A stretch of DNA of 64,000 nucleotides from Nitrospirota bacterium (GTDB lineage Bacteria; Nitrospirota; Thermodesulfovibrionia; Thermodesulfovibrionales; UBA9159): contig CAVOUE010000003.1 of NCBI GenBank assembly GCA_963699545.1, positions 128,001 through 192,000 on the forward strand, in the 5' to 3' direction. Shown here piece by piece: positions 21,656-31,873 of this stretch; position 1 is the first letter of the stretch; each line of letters opens with the position of its first letter. Below the pieces are notes generated by a model that was not told the origin of the DNA, did not search any database, and was given only the letters and a program-made list of their open reading frames with translations. Position numbers and translations under genes: made by a program.

Positions 21656-22100
21656 ATGGCGGGAAGAAAGCTCACAAAAGAATTGACCGACGACGAAAAA
21701 AAGAGGCATGCCCCTCTATCCCATCGGGGTCGTCTCCGAACTCCTCGGAACCACGGACCAGACATTACGACTCTATGAAAAGCACGGCCTCATAAAACCT
21801 GCGCGGCGCAACAAGAACCGGTTCTATTCCGAGAACGACATCAAGTGGCTCAGGTGTGTGCGGGACCTCATCCATGTGAAAAAAATCAGCATCGAAGGGA
21901 TCAAGAAACTCCTCGAATTTGCGCCGTGCTGGGAAATCACCGCCTGTCCCGATGAGAGGAAGATCAGGTGCACCGCCTTCATCGACAAGACAAAACCGTG
22001 CTGGGAACTGAACAGGATGATCTGCAACAAGGAAGCCGGGAAGGACTGCGACGAGTGCATCGTGTACCTTGCGCGCTACGACAGAAAGAGGAAAAACTAA
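21656..22100 (+). CDS. MerR/HspR-like regulator with C-terminal Cys-rich (two CW motifs) domain; 1-nt frameshift ~21707
   Basis: YPIGVVSELL...TLRLYEKHGLIKPAR; CWE...C...C...CWE...C...CDECIVY. Confidence 0.85.
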
Positions 22101-22193
22101 CCTCTTCTCCTGAAAAGCATACGCCTCCCCGTGCCTTCACGGATGCCGGAGTGACTTCAGAATCGTGAACGCCTTACCCGATAAGAAGACGGA

Positions 22194-22541
22194 TTACTTC
22201 CCCTTCTTCATGTCAATGGATTTGGCAGAGACTTTGGGATCGATGAGATACGCCTCCTTGAAATACCGGGCGGTCTCGGTATCGCCCCAGAAGTTCTCCT
22301 TCCCCTTGCGAGATCCTTTTCTCTTTACCTCGTAGTTCGCATAGCCGAGCAGATAAAGCGCCTCCGCGTCCGGCTTCTGTGCAACGTAATCACTGAGATA
22401 CTTCACCGCGGTACTGTAGTCTTTCTTGAGATACGCGCGGCGGCCCTTCTCGAACAGTTCGTCCTGTGCATACAGCACCTGGACCGAAAAGATTACAGCA
22501 ACCAGAACAGCGAAGAAGAGTACTGCGGTTCTTTGCATCAT
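22194..22541 (-). CDS. Exported TPR-like protein
   Basis: Signal peptide; GRRAYLKKDY...ALYLLGYA. Confidence 0.65.
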   Translation of the reverse strand: MMQRTAVLFFAVLVAVIFSVQVLYAQDELFEKGRRAYLKKDYSTAVKYLSDYVAQKPDAEALYLLGYANYEVKRKGSRKGKENFWGDTETARYFKEAYLIDPKVSAKSIDMKKGK

Positions 22542-22548
22542 GCACCTC

Positions 22549-24856
22549 CTAATCAAAATCCGGTTTCAACGGTTCCCTTGTCTCTCTGATCCCCGGGGAC
22601 AAAGAATACTCCCTGGGCTGGGTACCGCGTTTAAAATATTCCCTTATCCCTGACCCCGTATCTTTTGCAAGGAGTCCACTGCCGGGATCTATGGGATAAC
22701 TCACGATCCCTTCCGGCATTGCAAAAGTATGCTCTCCGATCTCCACGGCTCTCATGAAACTGACCCAGACGGGGGATGCAGCCCGCGCTCCCGTCTCCTG
22801 ATTCCCGAGAGGTCGCATGTCATCAAAGCCCACCCACACAGCTGCAAGCATATCCGGCACATACCCGACAAACCATGCGTCCCGGTAGTCATTGGTCGTC
22901 CCGGTTTTTCCCGCCACGGGTCTTCCCAGGGCCTTTGCCCTCCATCCTGTCCCATAGTTTACAACATCTTCCATCATCGAGGTAATCAAGAAAGCGGTCT
23001 CAGCGGCTATGACCTGATCTCCCGCCGGTTCACTGCTCTCCAGAACTCTCCCCTGTGAGTCGGTGACATACTTAACGGAAATGGGCTTCATCTTCATGCC
23101 GCCGCTGGCAAACACGCTGTACCCAGCGGCCAGTTCCAGGGGTGTCACGCTCATGCTGCCAAGGGCAATGCTCAGATTGTGGGGCATGTCGCTGTCGATC
23201 CCGATCTTTCTGGTAAATTCGATCAGCTTGTCGACCCCCATCGCGTCCACCAGTTTTACGGTAACAACGTTCCGGGAATATGCCAGCGCTTCCCGCAGCC
23301 GCGTAAGGCCGTAGTGTTTGCGGTCATAGTTCTCGGGACTCCAGTCCCCCTTCGGCCCGCCCTTGTACGTTACCGGCTCGTCGTTGATCACGCTGGCAGG
23401 GGTAAACCCATTATCCATGGCAGCGGCATAGATCACCGGCTTGAAGGCAGAACCGGGCTGCCTCTTTGCGAACACAGCCCTGTTGAATTCTGACCGCGAG
23501 TAATCGTATCCACCCACCAGCGCCCTGATAAACCCTGTGCTGGGATCCATGGCCACGAGAGCTCCCTCTGCCTCCGGCTCCTGCTCCAGGGTCAGCTCCG
23601 CCATGTGACCCTTTGATGACCTGAATCCCACTTTCACCACGTCGCCGACCTTGAGTATCTTGTCCAGCGTGAAATTGCTGATCTGGCTTGTCTTGCCGCT
23701 TTTCGGATCCAGCCGGGTGGCCGCCCACCGCGCGTTCTCCATTGAGAGTCTCCCGATCACCCCCCTCGCCTTCAGGATCGCCTCTTTGGCACTCACCCTG
23801 AGGACGACTCCCGATACAACATCTCCGGTGTTGGTGATGACGGAAGAGACGGAATCCTTTTTCTTCATTTCCTTGTCCACATCCACGTCCCGGTGATCAA
23901 TGCGGCCCCTCCATCCCCTTCTCTTGTCAAGCTCCCGCAGCCCTTCCTGAAGGGCCTGGGCAGCCGCGGCCTGCGCACGCTTGTCCAGCGTGGTATGGAC
24001 GCTCAGTCCGCCCTTGTATACCGCATCAACCCCGTATCTCTCCTCGAGGTATTTCCTCACATACTCCACGAAGTAGTTGTTTGCCTCCTGACCCTTCCGG
24101 ATGGTCGAAAGATAGAGCGGCTGTTTTGCCGCCTTTTCCTTCTCGGACCGCTTTATATACCCTTCCTCTTCCATGCGCCCAAGGACCGTTCTCCTGCCTG
24201 TCCTTGGCCTTTGTGAGATTGTTATAGGGAGAATAAGTAGCAGGCGCCTTAATCAGACCGGCCAGAAGGGCTGCCTCGGGAACGGTGACCTCCTTGACGG
24301 ATTTACCGAAATATACCCTCGACGCCATCTCCATACCGTAGGCGCCGTGTCCGAGATATACCCTGTTGAGATAGAGTTCAAGGATATCCGTTTTATCCAG
24401 GTTCTTTTCGATCTTCATCGCCAGGGCGGCTTCCCTCACCTTTCTCTGCAGCGTCTTTTCGGGCGTGAGAAAGGTGATCTTGGCAAGCTGCTGCGTTATG
24501 GTGCTCCCGCCTTCCTTAAGACCGACATGGAGCACGTCCTTCACCGCCGCCCTTACAATGGCAAGGTAGTCTATGCCCTTATGCTTCCAGAACCTCCCGT
24601 CCTCCACAGCCACCACCGCATTCACCAGGTATTGGGGCATCCTGTTCAGGGGCACAAAGACCCCTTTTTCTATCTTGAGCTCTCCCACCAGGGTATCGTC
24701 ATCAGCATAGACCTTCGTACCCGGGACTGCCTTGTACTGCTTAAGCTCTTCCACAGAGGGAACCCCTCCCAGGGCGATATACGCCCCTGCTGAAATACCC
24801 AGGACAACTGCGATAATGATTAAGAAAAGGAGGTTCCGTACCCGCGAGGATTTCAT
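22549..24856 (-). CDS. mrcA: Penicillin-binding protein 1A (frameshift ~24185)
   Basis: Transglycosylase EDGRF, GGSTITQQL; transpeptidase SAFK, SRN, KTG. Confidence 0.93.
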
Positions 24857-25059
24857 TGATTTCCGCTACGCCTGATCGTCATTCAAAATTATACCCCCCG
24901 ACACGCTTTTCTGTCAAAATAAAGAGCCTGTAAAGAGAGCGCTGTGGATCCGGAAAAGTCTTTGCGTGCCTGTGCTGGAAGGCAAGCGTTTGTCATTCCA
25001 TGCGCTCATTATCCATTTCACAATGGACCAACAATCATTTCACAGCAAAATATAATATA

Positions 25060-25156
25060 AATCAAGGACTTACGTTTTTCTTATTTTTTTCTTGACAGAT
25101 ACCATATATTGTGGTTAAATCTACTCTGGACAGCAAAAGAATACAAAACCTAGAGA
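25060..25156 (+). promoter_or_regulatory. nrdJ promoter with IHF-like site and two NrdR boxes
   Basis: AATCAAGGACTTA (25060); TTGACA (25092)-17 bp-TTAAAT; ATACCATATATTGTGG (25099) and degenerate ATACAAAACCTAGAGA (25141), 42 bp apart. Confidence 0.75.
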
Positions 25157-25310
25157 TAATCCATTGTGATAACGAGGTTCTTGAAGGAAGTAGAGAAAGG
25201 GGTCAGTAACCAGCCTGTTTTCCCAGCATACGGAAGATTTTACAAAGCTTTACTGTTCAGAAATCCCTTTTTTCGATAACACCGAATTCATACATTTCAG
25301 AGGAGGAATC

Positions 25311-27587
25311 ATGAAGGTTTCAAGCGGTCTCAGCCTCACCCCGAATGCGGTGAAGGTCCTCGAGAAGAGGTACCTTAAGAAAGACGAAGAGGGCAAGATC
25401 GTAGAGACCCCTGATGAGATGTTCAGGAGGATCTCAAAGGCGGTGGCATCTGCTGACCTGGCCTACGGAAAGACCCCCGAGAAAGTGGCGAGGACAGAAG
25501 AGGAATTCTATGGCATGATGACCTCCCTCTCCTTCCTTCCCAACAGTCCCACCCTCATGAACGCAGGCAGGAGGCTGGGACAACTCAGCGCCTGTTTTGT
25601 TCTTCCTGTGGGCGACTCAATGGAATCCATATTCGATGCGGTGAAGAATGCTGCTATCATTCACAAGTCAGGGGGCGGTACCGGTTTCAGTTTCTCGAGG
25701 CTGAGACCTAACGGCGACGTGGTGGGTTCCACAAAAGGCATCTCCTCCGGCCCCATATCCTTTATGACCGTCTTCGATACCGCCACAGAGGCGGTGAAAC
25801 AGGGGGGGACAAGGCGTGGTGCCAACATGGGCCTGCTGAGGGTGGACCATCCCGACATCCTCGATTTCATCACCTGCAAGGACGAAAATACCAGGCTCAA
25901 CAACTTCAATATCTCGGTGGGCCTCACCGAAGAGTTTATGAAGGCCCTGGATGAAGACCGGGAATATTACCTCCTCAACCCCAGGACCAAGCAGGTGACG
26001 CAAAAGCTCAGGGCAAAGGACGTCTTCCACCTCATCGTGAACCACGCATGGAAGAACGGTGAGCCCGGGATCGTCTTTCTCGACAGGTTGAACGAGTCGA
26101 ATCCCACCCCGCACCTGGGAGAGATTGAGTCCACAAACCCCTGCGGTGAACAGCCTCTCCTCCCTTTCGAGTCCTGCAACCTCGGTTCTATAAACCTCCT
26201 GAAGATGGTAAAGACCGTCAGCGGTCAGCGGTCAGCGGTCAGCGATCAAAACGCATCGCCGCGCTATGAGGTTGACTGGGAAGGCCTGAAGGACATCACA
26301 TGGAAGGCGGTGCACTTCCTTGACAATGTCATCGAAGTCAACAAATATCCCCTTACCCAGATCGAAGAGATGACAAAGGCAAACAGGAAGATCGGCCTCG
26401 GGGTCATGGGATGGGCGGACATGCTCATCCGCCTCGGCATCCCCTATAACTCACCTGACGCGGTCGTACTCGCCGAAGAGGTGATGGGGTTCATGCAGAA
26501 GGAAGGGAAGAACGCATCCGCTGCCCTTGCAGAAAAGCGGGGTGTCTTCCCGAACTATACAGGGAGCATCTATGACGGAAAGATTCGCCTGAGGAACGGC
26601 ACGGTCACTACTATCGCACCCACCGGCACCCTTTCGATCATCGCAGGCTGTTCATCAGGCATCGAGCCCCTCTTTGCGGTCTCCTATGTAAGGACCGTGA
26701 TGGAGGGCACAAAGCTGATCGAGGTGAACCCTCATTTCGAGGAAGTGGCAAAAGGAAGAGGCTTCTGGACGCGGAAGCTCATGGAGCAGGTGGCGGAGAA
26801 GGGAAGCCTCCACGGGTTCACCGAAATACCGGAAGAGGTGAGAAAGGTCTTTGTCACGGCCCATGACATCACGCCCCTTGAGCACGTGAAGATGCAGGGC
26901 GCGTTCCAGAAATATGTGGACAATGCAGTATCAAAGACCGTGAATTTCCCCCACCATGCGTCGCCTAAGGACGTGGAGGATGTCTATCTCCTGGCCTACA
27001 AACTCGGGTGCAAGGGGGTCACGGTGTACCGCGACGGCTCCAGGGAAGAACAGGTCCTTTCCACGGGAAAGACGGAACAGAAGACGCAGCGTCACGAGCA
27101 GACCGAAAAGATCCTCCCGAAGAAGAGACCCGAAGTGATACGGGGCACCACCCGGTTCATGAAGACCGGATGCGGCAACCTCTATGTCACCATCAACGAG
27201 GACGAAAACGGCCATCTCTTCGAGCTCTTCACCTCGATGGGCAAGGCAGGGGGGTGCGCCTCGAGCCAGGCAGAGGCCATAGGGAGGCTTGTCTCCCTTG
27301 CCTTCAGGTCGAATATCGACCCCTCAGAGGTGGTGAAGCAGCTTAAGGGAATCTCGTGCCACCAACCCGCGTGGTCCAATGGAGGGAAGATCCACTCCTG
27401 CTCCGACGCGATAGCAAAGGCCATGGAGAAATATCATATGAGATCCGAAAAAGGGAACGGCAACGGCCATAAGGACGGCCACCAGGAGATGATGATCATG
27501 GGCGCCTGTCCTGAATGCGGCGGAGCGGTTGAGCACGAAGGAGGCTGTGCGGTCTGTCATAACTGCGGGTTCACCCGCTGCGGATAG
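25311..27587 (+). CDS. nrdJ: Vitamin B12-dependent class II ribonucleotide reductase
   Basis: PNSPTLMNAG, SACF, TNPCGEQ, TIAPTG, C-terminal TGCG domain and CPECGG...CHNCG. Confidence 0.95.
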   Translation: MKVSSGLSLTPNAVKVLEKRYLKKDEEGKIVETPDEMFRRISKAVASADLAYGKTPEKVARTEEEFYGMMTSLSFLPNSPTLMNAGRRLGQLSACFVLPVGDSMESIFDAVKNAAIIHKSGGGTGFSFSRLRPNGDVVGSTKGISSGPISFMTVFDTATEAVKQGGTRRGANMGLLRVDHPDILDFITCKDENTRLNNFNISVGLTEEFMKALDEDREYYLLNPRTKQVTQKLRAKDVFHLIVNHAWKNGEPGIVFLDRLNESNPTPHLGEIESTNPCGEQPLLPFESCNLGSINLLKMVKTVSGQRSAVSDQNASPRYEVDWEGLKDITWKAVHFLDNVIEVNKYPLTQIEEMTKANRKIGLGVMGWADMLIRLGIPYNSPDAVVLAEEVMGFMQKEGKNASAALAEKRGVFPNYTGSIYDGKIRLRNGTVTTIAPTGTLSIIAGCSSGIEPLFAVSYVRTVMEGTKLIEVNPHFEEVAKGRGFWTRKLMEQVAEKGSLHGFTEIPEEVRKVFVTAHDITPLEHVKMQGAFQKYVDNAVSKTVNFPHHASPKDVEDVYLLAYKLGCKGVTVYRDGSREEQVLSTGKTEQKTQRHEQTEKILPKKRPEVIRGTTRFMKTGCGNLYVTINEDENGHLFELFTSMGKAGGCASSQAEAIGRLVSLAFRSNIDPSEVVKQLKGISCHQPAWSNGGKIHSCSDAIAKAMEKYHMRSEKGNGNGHKDGHQEMMIMGACPECGGAVEHEGGCAVCHNCGFTRCG
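26217..26244 (+). repeat. (GTCAGCG)4 tandem heptamer inside nrdJ
   Basis: Four perfect copies read directly. Confidence 0.9.
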
Positions 27588-27598
27588 GGGGGCCAGGG

Positions 27599-28006
27599 AT
27601 GCAGCCAGATACCCGCACCTGTATCGCATACATAGCAGGCAGGATCGTCTCAGGCAGGGGACATTTTGTCCTGTACGACTATGCCCGCGCCCTGCATATC
27701 GATATGTCAGGCCGCACCCATTCCCACTGCCTGAGACAGTTCGGGAACGCGAGGAAGATTTCTCTGTCCCGCTCTGACAGGGGAGGCAGGTACCGGTATA
27801 CCTGCAGAAGCGGCCATTTCTTCGACGTCGCCGTCCACGACACTACCTTCATCGGATATGTGAGCGAAGGCTCTTCTCATTTCATCGGTACGGTAAGGGG
27901 AGAAGCCATCTACCTCTATGACTACAGTGAATCTGCCGATTTCAGTTACAGGATATCAAGACGTGCAGTGGAGGACGACACGTATTCTCTGCTTTGCATT
28001 GACTGA
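27599..28006 (+). CDS. Hypothetical protein with repeated LYDY motif
   Basis: ORF directly behind nrdJ; LYDY near both ends. Confidence 0.55.
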   Translation: MQPDTRTCIAYIAGRIVSGRGHFVLYDYARALHIDMSGRTHSHCLRQFGNARKISLSRSDRGGRYRYTCRSGHFFDVAVHDTTFIGYVSEGSSHFIGTVRGEAIYLYDYSESADFSYRISRRAVEDDTYSLLCID

Positions 28007-28031
28007 AGCGTAGCGGACAACGGGAGGATGT

Positions 28032-28529
28032 ATGAAACACGATAACGGGAAGAGGCGCTTCAAGAGGCTTTCGTGGGATGAATACTTCATAGAGATATCC
28101 CTGGTAGTATCCGCTCGATCCACCTGCCTCCGGAGGAGATACGGCGCGGTCATCGTGAAGGACAACGTCATCGTCAGCACGGGCTACAACGGCGCGCCGC
28201 GCGGCTCGGTGAACTGCACTGACCGCGGCACCTGCAAGCGGCAGGAACTGAACATCCCGGCCGGGGAGCGGTATGAACTCTGCGAGGCGGTCCATGCAGA
28301 ACAGAACGCCATCATCAACGGAGCCCCCGAGCGAATGAAGGACGCCACCATCTACATCGCGGGGTTCGAGGACAGCGACCTGTTCGCAGAAGGAAGGCCT
28401 TGCCTCCTCTGCAGGAGGATGATACGGAACGCGCGAATACAGCACGTTGTCTACCTCTCGAAGGACGGCAGCATCGTACGCGTGGAGGATGTGCAGGAGC
28501 TGGATGCTGCGCCGATCACAATGGAATGA
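28032..28529 (+). CDS. dCMP deaminase-family protein
   Basis: STGYNG, HAEQNA, PCLLC. Confidence 0.9.
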   Translation: MKHDNGKRRFKRLSWDEYFIEISLVVSARSTCLRRRYGAVIVKDNVIVSTGYNGAPRGSVNCTDRGTCKRQELNIPAGERYELCEAVHAEQNAIINGAPERMKDATIYIAGFEDSDLFAEGRPCLLCRRMIRNARIQHVVYLSKDGSIVRVEDVQELDAAPITME

Positions 28530-28563
28530 GGATTCCGATCCTGGAGCAAAAAGGAGCGCACTC

Positions 28564-29424
28564 ATGGGGCTGAGAGGGAAGATGCTGTTTGCCGTGCTTC
28601 TCGTGTTTCTTGCGGTCACTGTTGCCGCGGCACAAGAGGATGAAGGAGGACAGGCGTATAAGGACACCCCCTACTTCTCGGGAATGCCGAACTATTACAT
28701 CAGTGACGCCGGCGATAAAGAGTTTGACGAATACCACTTCTACAATGGCAAGAACTGCACCACAGTGGAAGGGCAGAAGTTCTTGAGGGTGTACTCATGG
28801 AAGCAGACCGCGAAGCAGGGCAGCGACCTCCAGATCACCCGGAATTACGCAAACGCTGTGCGGAGCATGGGGGGAACTGTCTTCTTCGAGGGACAGTGCT
28901 CAGGCGCCGACTGCGCGGAGAATTGCGGCTACCGGATGATGACAGGCAAGATCACAAAAGGTGGCAATGAGGTGTGGGTCGAAGTCGTTCCATACAACGA
29001 TGGGGGAGATTACCACATGACCATCATCGTCAAAGAGGCGATGAAACAGGACGTCACTGCAGGCGATATGCTGAAGGCCTTAAATGCCGACGGGCACATC
29101 GCCCTTTATATCAATTTTGATACCGGCATGGCGATCATCAAACCTGAATCACAGCCCGTCATCAACGAGATTGCCGCGCTCATGAAGAAGAACCCCGACC
29201 TCAGGCTTGGCATAGAGGGCCATACCGATAACGTGGGCGACCGCAAAAACAATAAGTTTCTTTCAGAAGAGCGCGCCAGGTCCGTTGTAGGAGCATTAGT
29301 GAACCTGGGCATCGATCCAAAACGTCTCACCCCTGCCGGATTCGGGCCGGACAGGCCCATTGCCGACAATAAGACTGAGGAAGGAAAGGCAAAGAATAGA
29401 AGAGTGGAATTGGTGAAGAAGTAA
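28564..29424 (+). CDS. OmpA-family protein
   Basis: Signal peptide; IEGHTD, LSEERA, NRRVEL. Confidence 0.88.
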   Translation: MGLRGKMLFAVLLVFLAVTVAAAQEDEGGQAYKDTPYFSGMPNYYISDAGDKEFDEYHFYNGKNCTTVEGQKFLRVYSWKQTAKQGSDLQITRNYANAVRSMGGTVFFEGQCSGADCAENCGYRMMTGKITKGGNEVWVEVVPYNDGGDYHMTIIVKEAMKQDVTAGDMLKALNADGHIALYINFDTGMAIIKPESQPVINEIAALMKKNPDLRLGIEGHTDNVGDRKNNKFLSEERARSVVGALVNLGIDPKRLTPAGFGPDRPIADNKTEEGKAKNRRVELVKK

Positions 29425-29522
29425 GGAGAAACCAGAGGGCAGTTCATCGAGAACTGCCTTAGGCGTAGGCTGTGCGGCAAGAGTTTCCCGTGGTACTCTT
29501 TAATTACTCGAGGAGGTGAAAG

Positions 29523-29819
29523 ATGGGGGAAAAACGCTCTCTATTTTTCTTGGGAGCTCTGCTCATAGTGATTTCTTTAAGTGCCTGTGCCACCACGCGC
29601 ACCGAAGATCCGGAAGAGAGGGTCATTGCGGCCTATATACAGCAATGCAAGAGCCTGGAATATAAGTGGAAACATGGGGAAGTGTACGTCGTGGACCCCA
29701 CAAGGAACATAACGGACAGGGGATGTCCCACTGCATTGATGCGGGGATGGAGGGACGGCGTCCTGATCGTGGAAAAGGAAGTGGAAGTGTGCGAGTGTAA
29801 AGAGCGGCACAGGAAATAG
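29523..29819 (+). CDS. Hypothetical lipoprotein
   Basis: GGAGGTG RBS; lipobox LSAC. Confidence 0.7.
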   Translation: MGEKRSLFFLGALLIVISLSACATTRTEDPEERVIAAYIQQCKSLEYKWKHGEVYVVDPTRNITDRGCPTALMRGWRDGVLIVEKEVEVCECKERHRK

Positions 29820-29888
29820 GGAGACACGGAAGAGAAGAACCGGGGTGCGGCAGACCCAGCGGCAAATATAAGACCCGGAAGGTAAGAC

Positions 29889-30142
29889 ATGAACTACAAA
29901 CAATTTATCAACCTGAACTGCGAATTCCTTCCGTGCCATACTCTGAAAGACTGGCATTCATGCCTGTTCTGCTATGCCCCTTATTTCTGCTTTCCTGCCC
30001 CGGTTCATTCTCAGTCCTGCCCTCGGGCATGAAAGACTGTTCCAGGTGCGTTATCCCCCACACCGTAACCGGCTGGGACGTCATCCAGAATGAACTCCAG
30101 GAACAGTTGTACAGTCAGGGCAAAAGATCTATAGAGGTTTAG
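29889..30142 (+). CDS. Cysteine-rich small domain protein (frameshift ~29974)
   Basis: NCEFLPCH...CLFC/(Y)CPL...KDCSRCVIPH across two frames. Confidence 0.7.
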
Positions 30143-30175
30143 ACTTACCGTTTTCCGTGTTTCCGGTCTGTTTAG

Positions 30176-30400
30176 CCCCCCTTTGAAAATCTTAGTGAGC
30201 GAAAGAGGCCCAAGGGTTAAGAATTTTAGAGTGTCTGAGCCCCGAAATTCTTAAATCAGAGAAATCCTTGCGGGGCGAGTTTGCTAAAATTTACCGGAGG
30301 CCGACTGAGCGAACGCCCGAAGATTTTCAGGGGTGCCGTTCTTTTGGTTACTTTTCTTGGGCAAGCAAGAAAAGTAACCGGGGTAGGGGGCAGCGCCCTC
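30176..30400. repeat. Intergenic nested inverted-repeat element
   Basis: Three nested stems plus perfect 14-bp hairpin GGTTACTTTTCTTG/CAAGAAAAGTAACC (30346-30379). Confidence 0.75.
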
Positions 30401-30513
30401 TTCCGAGCCACATTGCTTTTCTTCCGGGAAAAGAATTAGTATCGGTACAAGGGGAGGGAAAGCAATTTCCCGCTTTTGGTAGTAAACCTTCTCGTTCTTG
30501 CAGAGGTCTGAGA

Positions 30514-30975
30514 ATGAAGTACCACATATTCAGGCCGGGGCATCTCTGGATAAACTTCAATATTGCTCTCTTTCTTGGATATACCCTGTTCGGCATCCCT
30601 TCACTGTTCTGGCCCGCCCCGCTAAAGAATGTTGGATTTATTCTGCTCCACCTCGCCACATTGGCAGTTGACGCCTTTGTCGTCTATGCGCTGATCATGA
30701 GGAAATTCCGCATCAACTATCTTATCGTGCTCATTTCTCTTCTCATGGTCGTGCATCTCCTGCTTTTCATATTGGTCCCCCTGGGGATGGTGCTCGCCTA
30801 CATCGGTCCCTCAAGGGCGTTTTACACGCTTTTTCTCACCCTCACGTCCCAGTTTGGAGGGGTGAAATTCTCCTCGTACGCACTCCTGACATTCAATGCT
30901 GTTATGGTCATCATTCATCTCAAGAATATCTTTTACTTCAAGAGAAGAGACGTGGCTGCTCTGTTCCACGCATAG
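30514..30975 (+). CDS. Hypothetical membrane protein
   Basis: About 4 hydrophobic segments; ATG 30514. Confidence 0.6.
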   Translation: MKYHIFRPGHLWINFNIALFLGYTLFGIPSLFWPAPLKNVGFILLHLATLAVDAFVVYALIMRKFRINYLIVLISLLMVVHLLLFILVPLGMVLAYIGPSRAFYTLFLTLTSQFGGVKFSSYALLTFNAVMVIIHLKNIFYFKRRDVAALFHA

Positions 30976-31058
30976 TGCTTCTTGCGCCTCTTTTTTCTAC
31001 AATAGCCTGCATCTCATCTGTTCTGTTACAATAGTGAACCCAACAAACGGAGGAGAAC

Positions 31059-31583
31059 ATGAAAAGAATAGCTTATTTTGTTGTGCTCATCCTCATCATC
31101 GGCGGATGTCAGCAGCAGAAGGAAGAGCCGCAGTCCAAACCCCAATTCCCTGCAGGCCCGATTCTGGCACCGGACACCCTGAGGCTGGCCCAGGAGGCGG
31201 TAAAGGTGGACCCGAAGAACGTGAATGCATGGATACAACTCGGCAACATGCTGATGGACTCTTCCCGTTTCAACGAGGCCGTCGACGCATATCAAAAGGC
31301 GCTGGAGCTTGACCCCAAGAACGTCGACGTAAGGGTTGATATGGGAACGTGCTACAGGAACAGCGGCAAGGCTGATATGGCACTGAAGGAATACAGGAAG
31401 GCCGTGGAACTGAACCCGAACCATGCCTTTGCACACCTGAACCTGGCTGTTGTTCTGGGAAGCGACTTTAAAGACAAGGCCCAGGCCATAAAGGAATATG
31501 AGAAATATCTTCAGCTTGTGCCAAATGCGCAGAACGCAGCGCAGGTCAGGCAGCAGATACAGAACCTGAAGACTTCAAAATAA
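31059..31583 (+). CDS. TPR-repeat lipoprotein
   Basis: Lipobox IGGC; AWIQLGN...AYQKALELDP repeats. Confidence 0.85.
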   Translation: MKRIAYFVVLILIIGGCQQQKEEPQSKPQFPAGPILAPDTLRLAQEAVKVDPKNVNAWIQLGNMLMDSSRFNEAVDAYQKALELDPKNVDVRVDMGTCYRNSGKADMALKEYRKAVELNPNHAFAHLNLAVVLGSDFKDKAQAIKEYEKYLQLVPNAQNAAQVRQQIQNLKTSK

Positions 31584-31641
31584 GAAACCCCTTCACCATG
31601 GGGTGTCCTCTCTATGCCGACAATGATCTTAGGAGGGATAT

Positions 31642-31842
31642 ATGCCGTATGTGAATATCAGGATAACAAAGGACGGCGCCACTGCTGAACAGAAGGCAGA
31701 AGTTATCAAAGGCGTCACAAAGCTCCTTGCGGACATCCTTGGAAAGAACCCGCAGACCACGATGGTCGTCATTGACGAAGTCGAGACCGACAACTGGGGG
31801 ATCGGTGGGGAGACCGTGACAGTGCGGCGGAAACGCGGTTAG
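31642..31842 (+). CDS. 4-oxalocrotonate tautomerase family protein
   Basis: Catalytic Pro1 (MPYVNI), NWGIGG. Confidence 0.9.
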   Translation: MPYVNIRITKDGATAEQKAEVIKGVTKLLADILGKNPQTTMVVIDEVETDNWGIGGETVTVRRKRG

Positions 31843-31873
31843 AGTCTGAGAACGGGCGGCCACCATTGTTGAT

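Noticed and set aside
21503-21856. Repeat pair as a diversity-generating retroelement TR/VR
   Set aside because: Differences are not adenine-specific (C/T and G/A changes plus an indel) and no reverse transcriptase is present in the window
24940-25020. DnaA-box-like TGTGGATCC and TTATCCATT as a replication origin
   Set aside because: Only 7/9 matches, no cluster of boxes and no dnaA context
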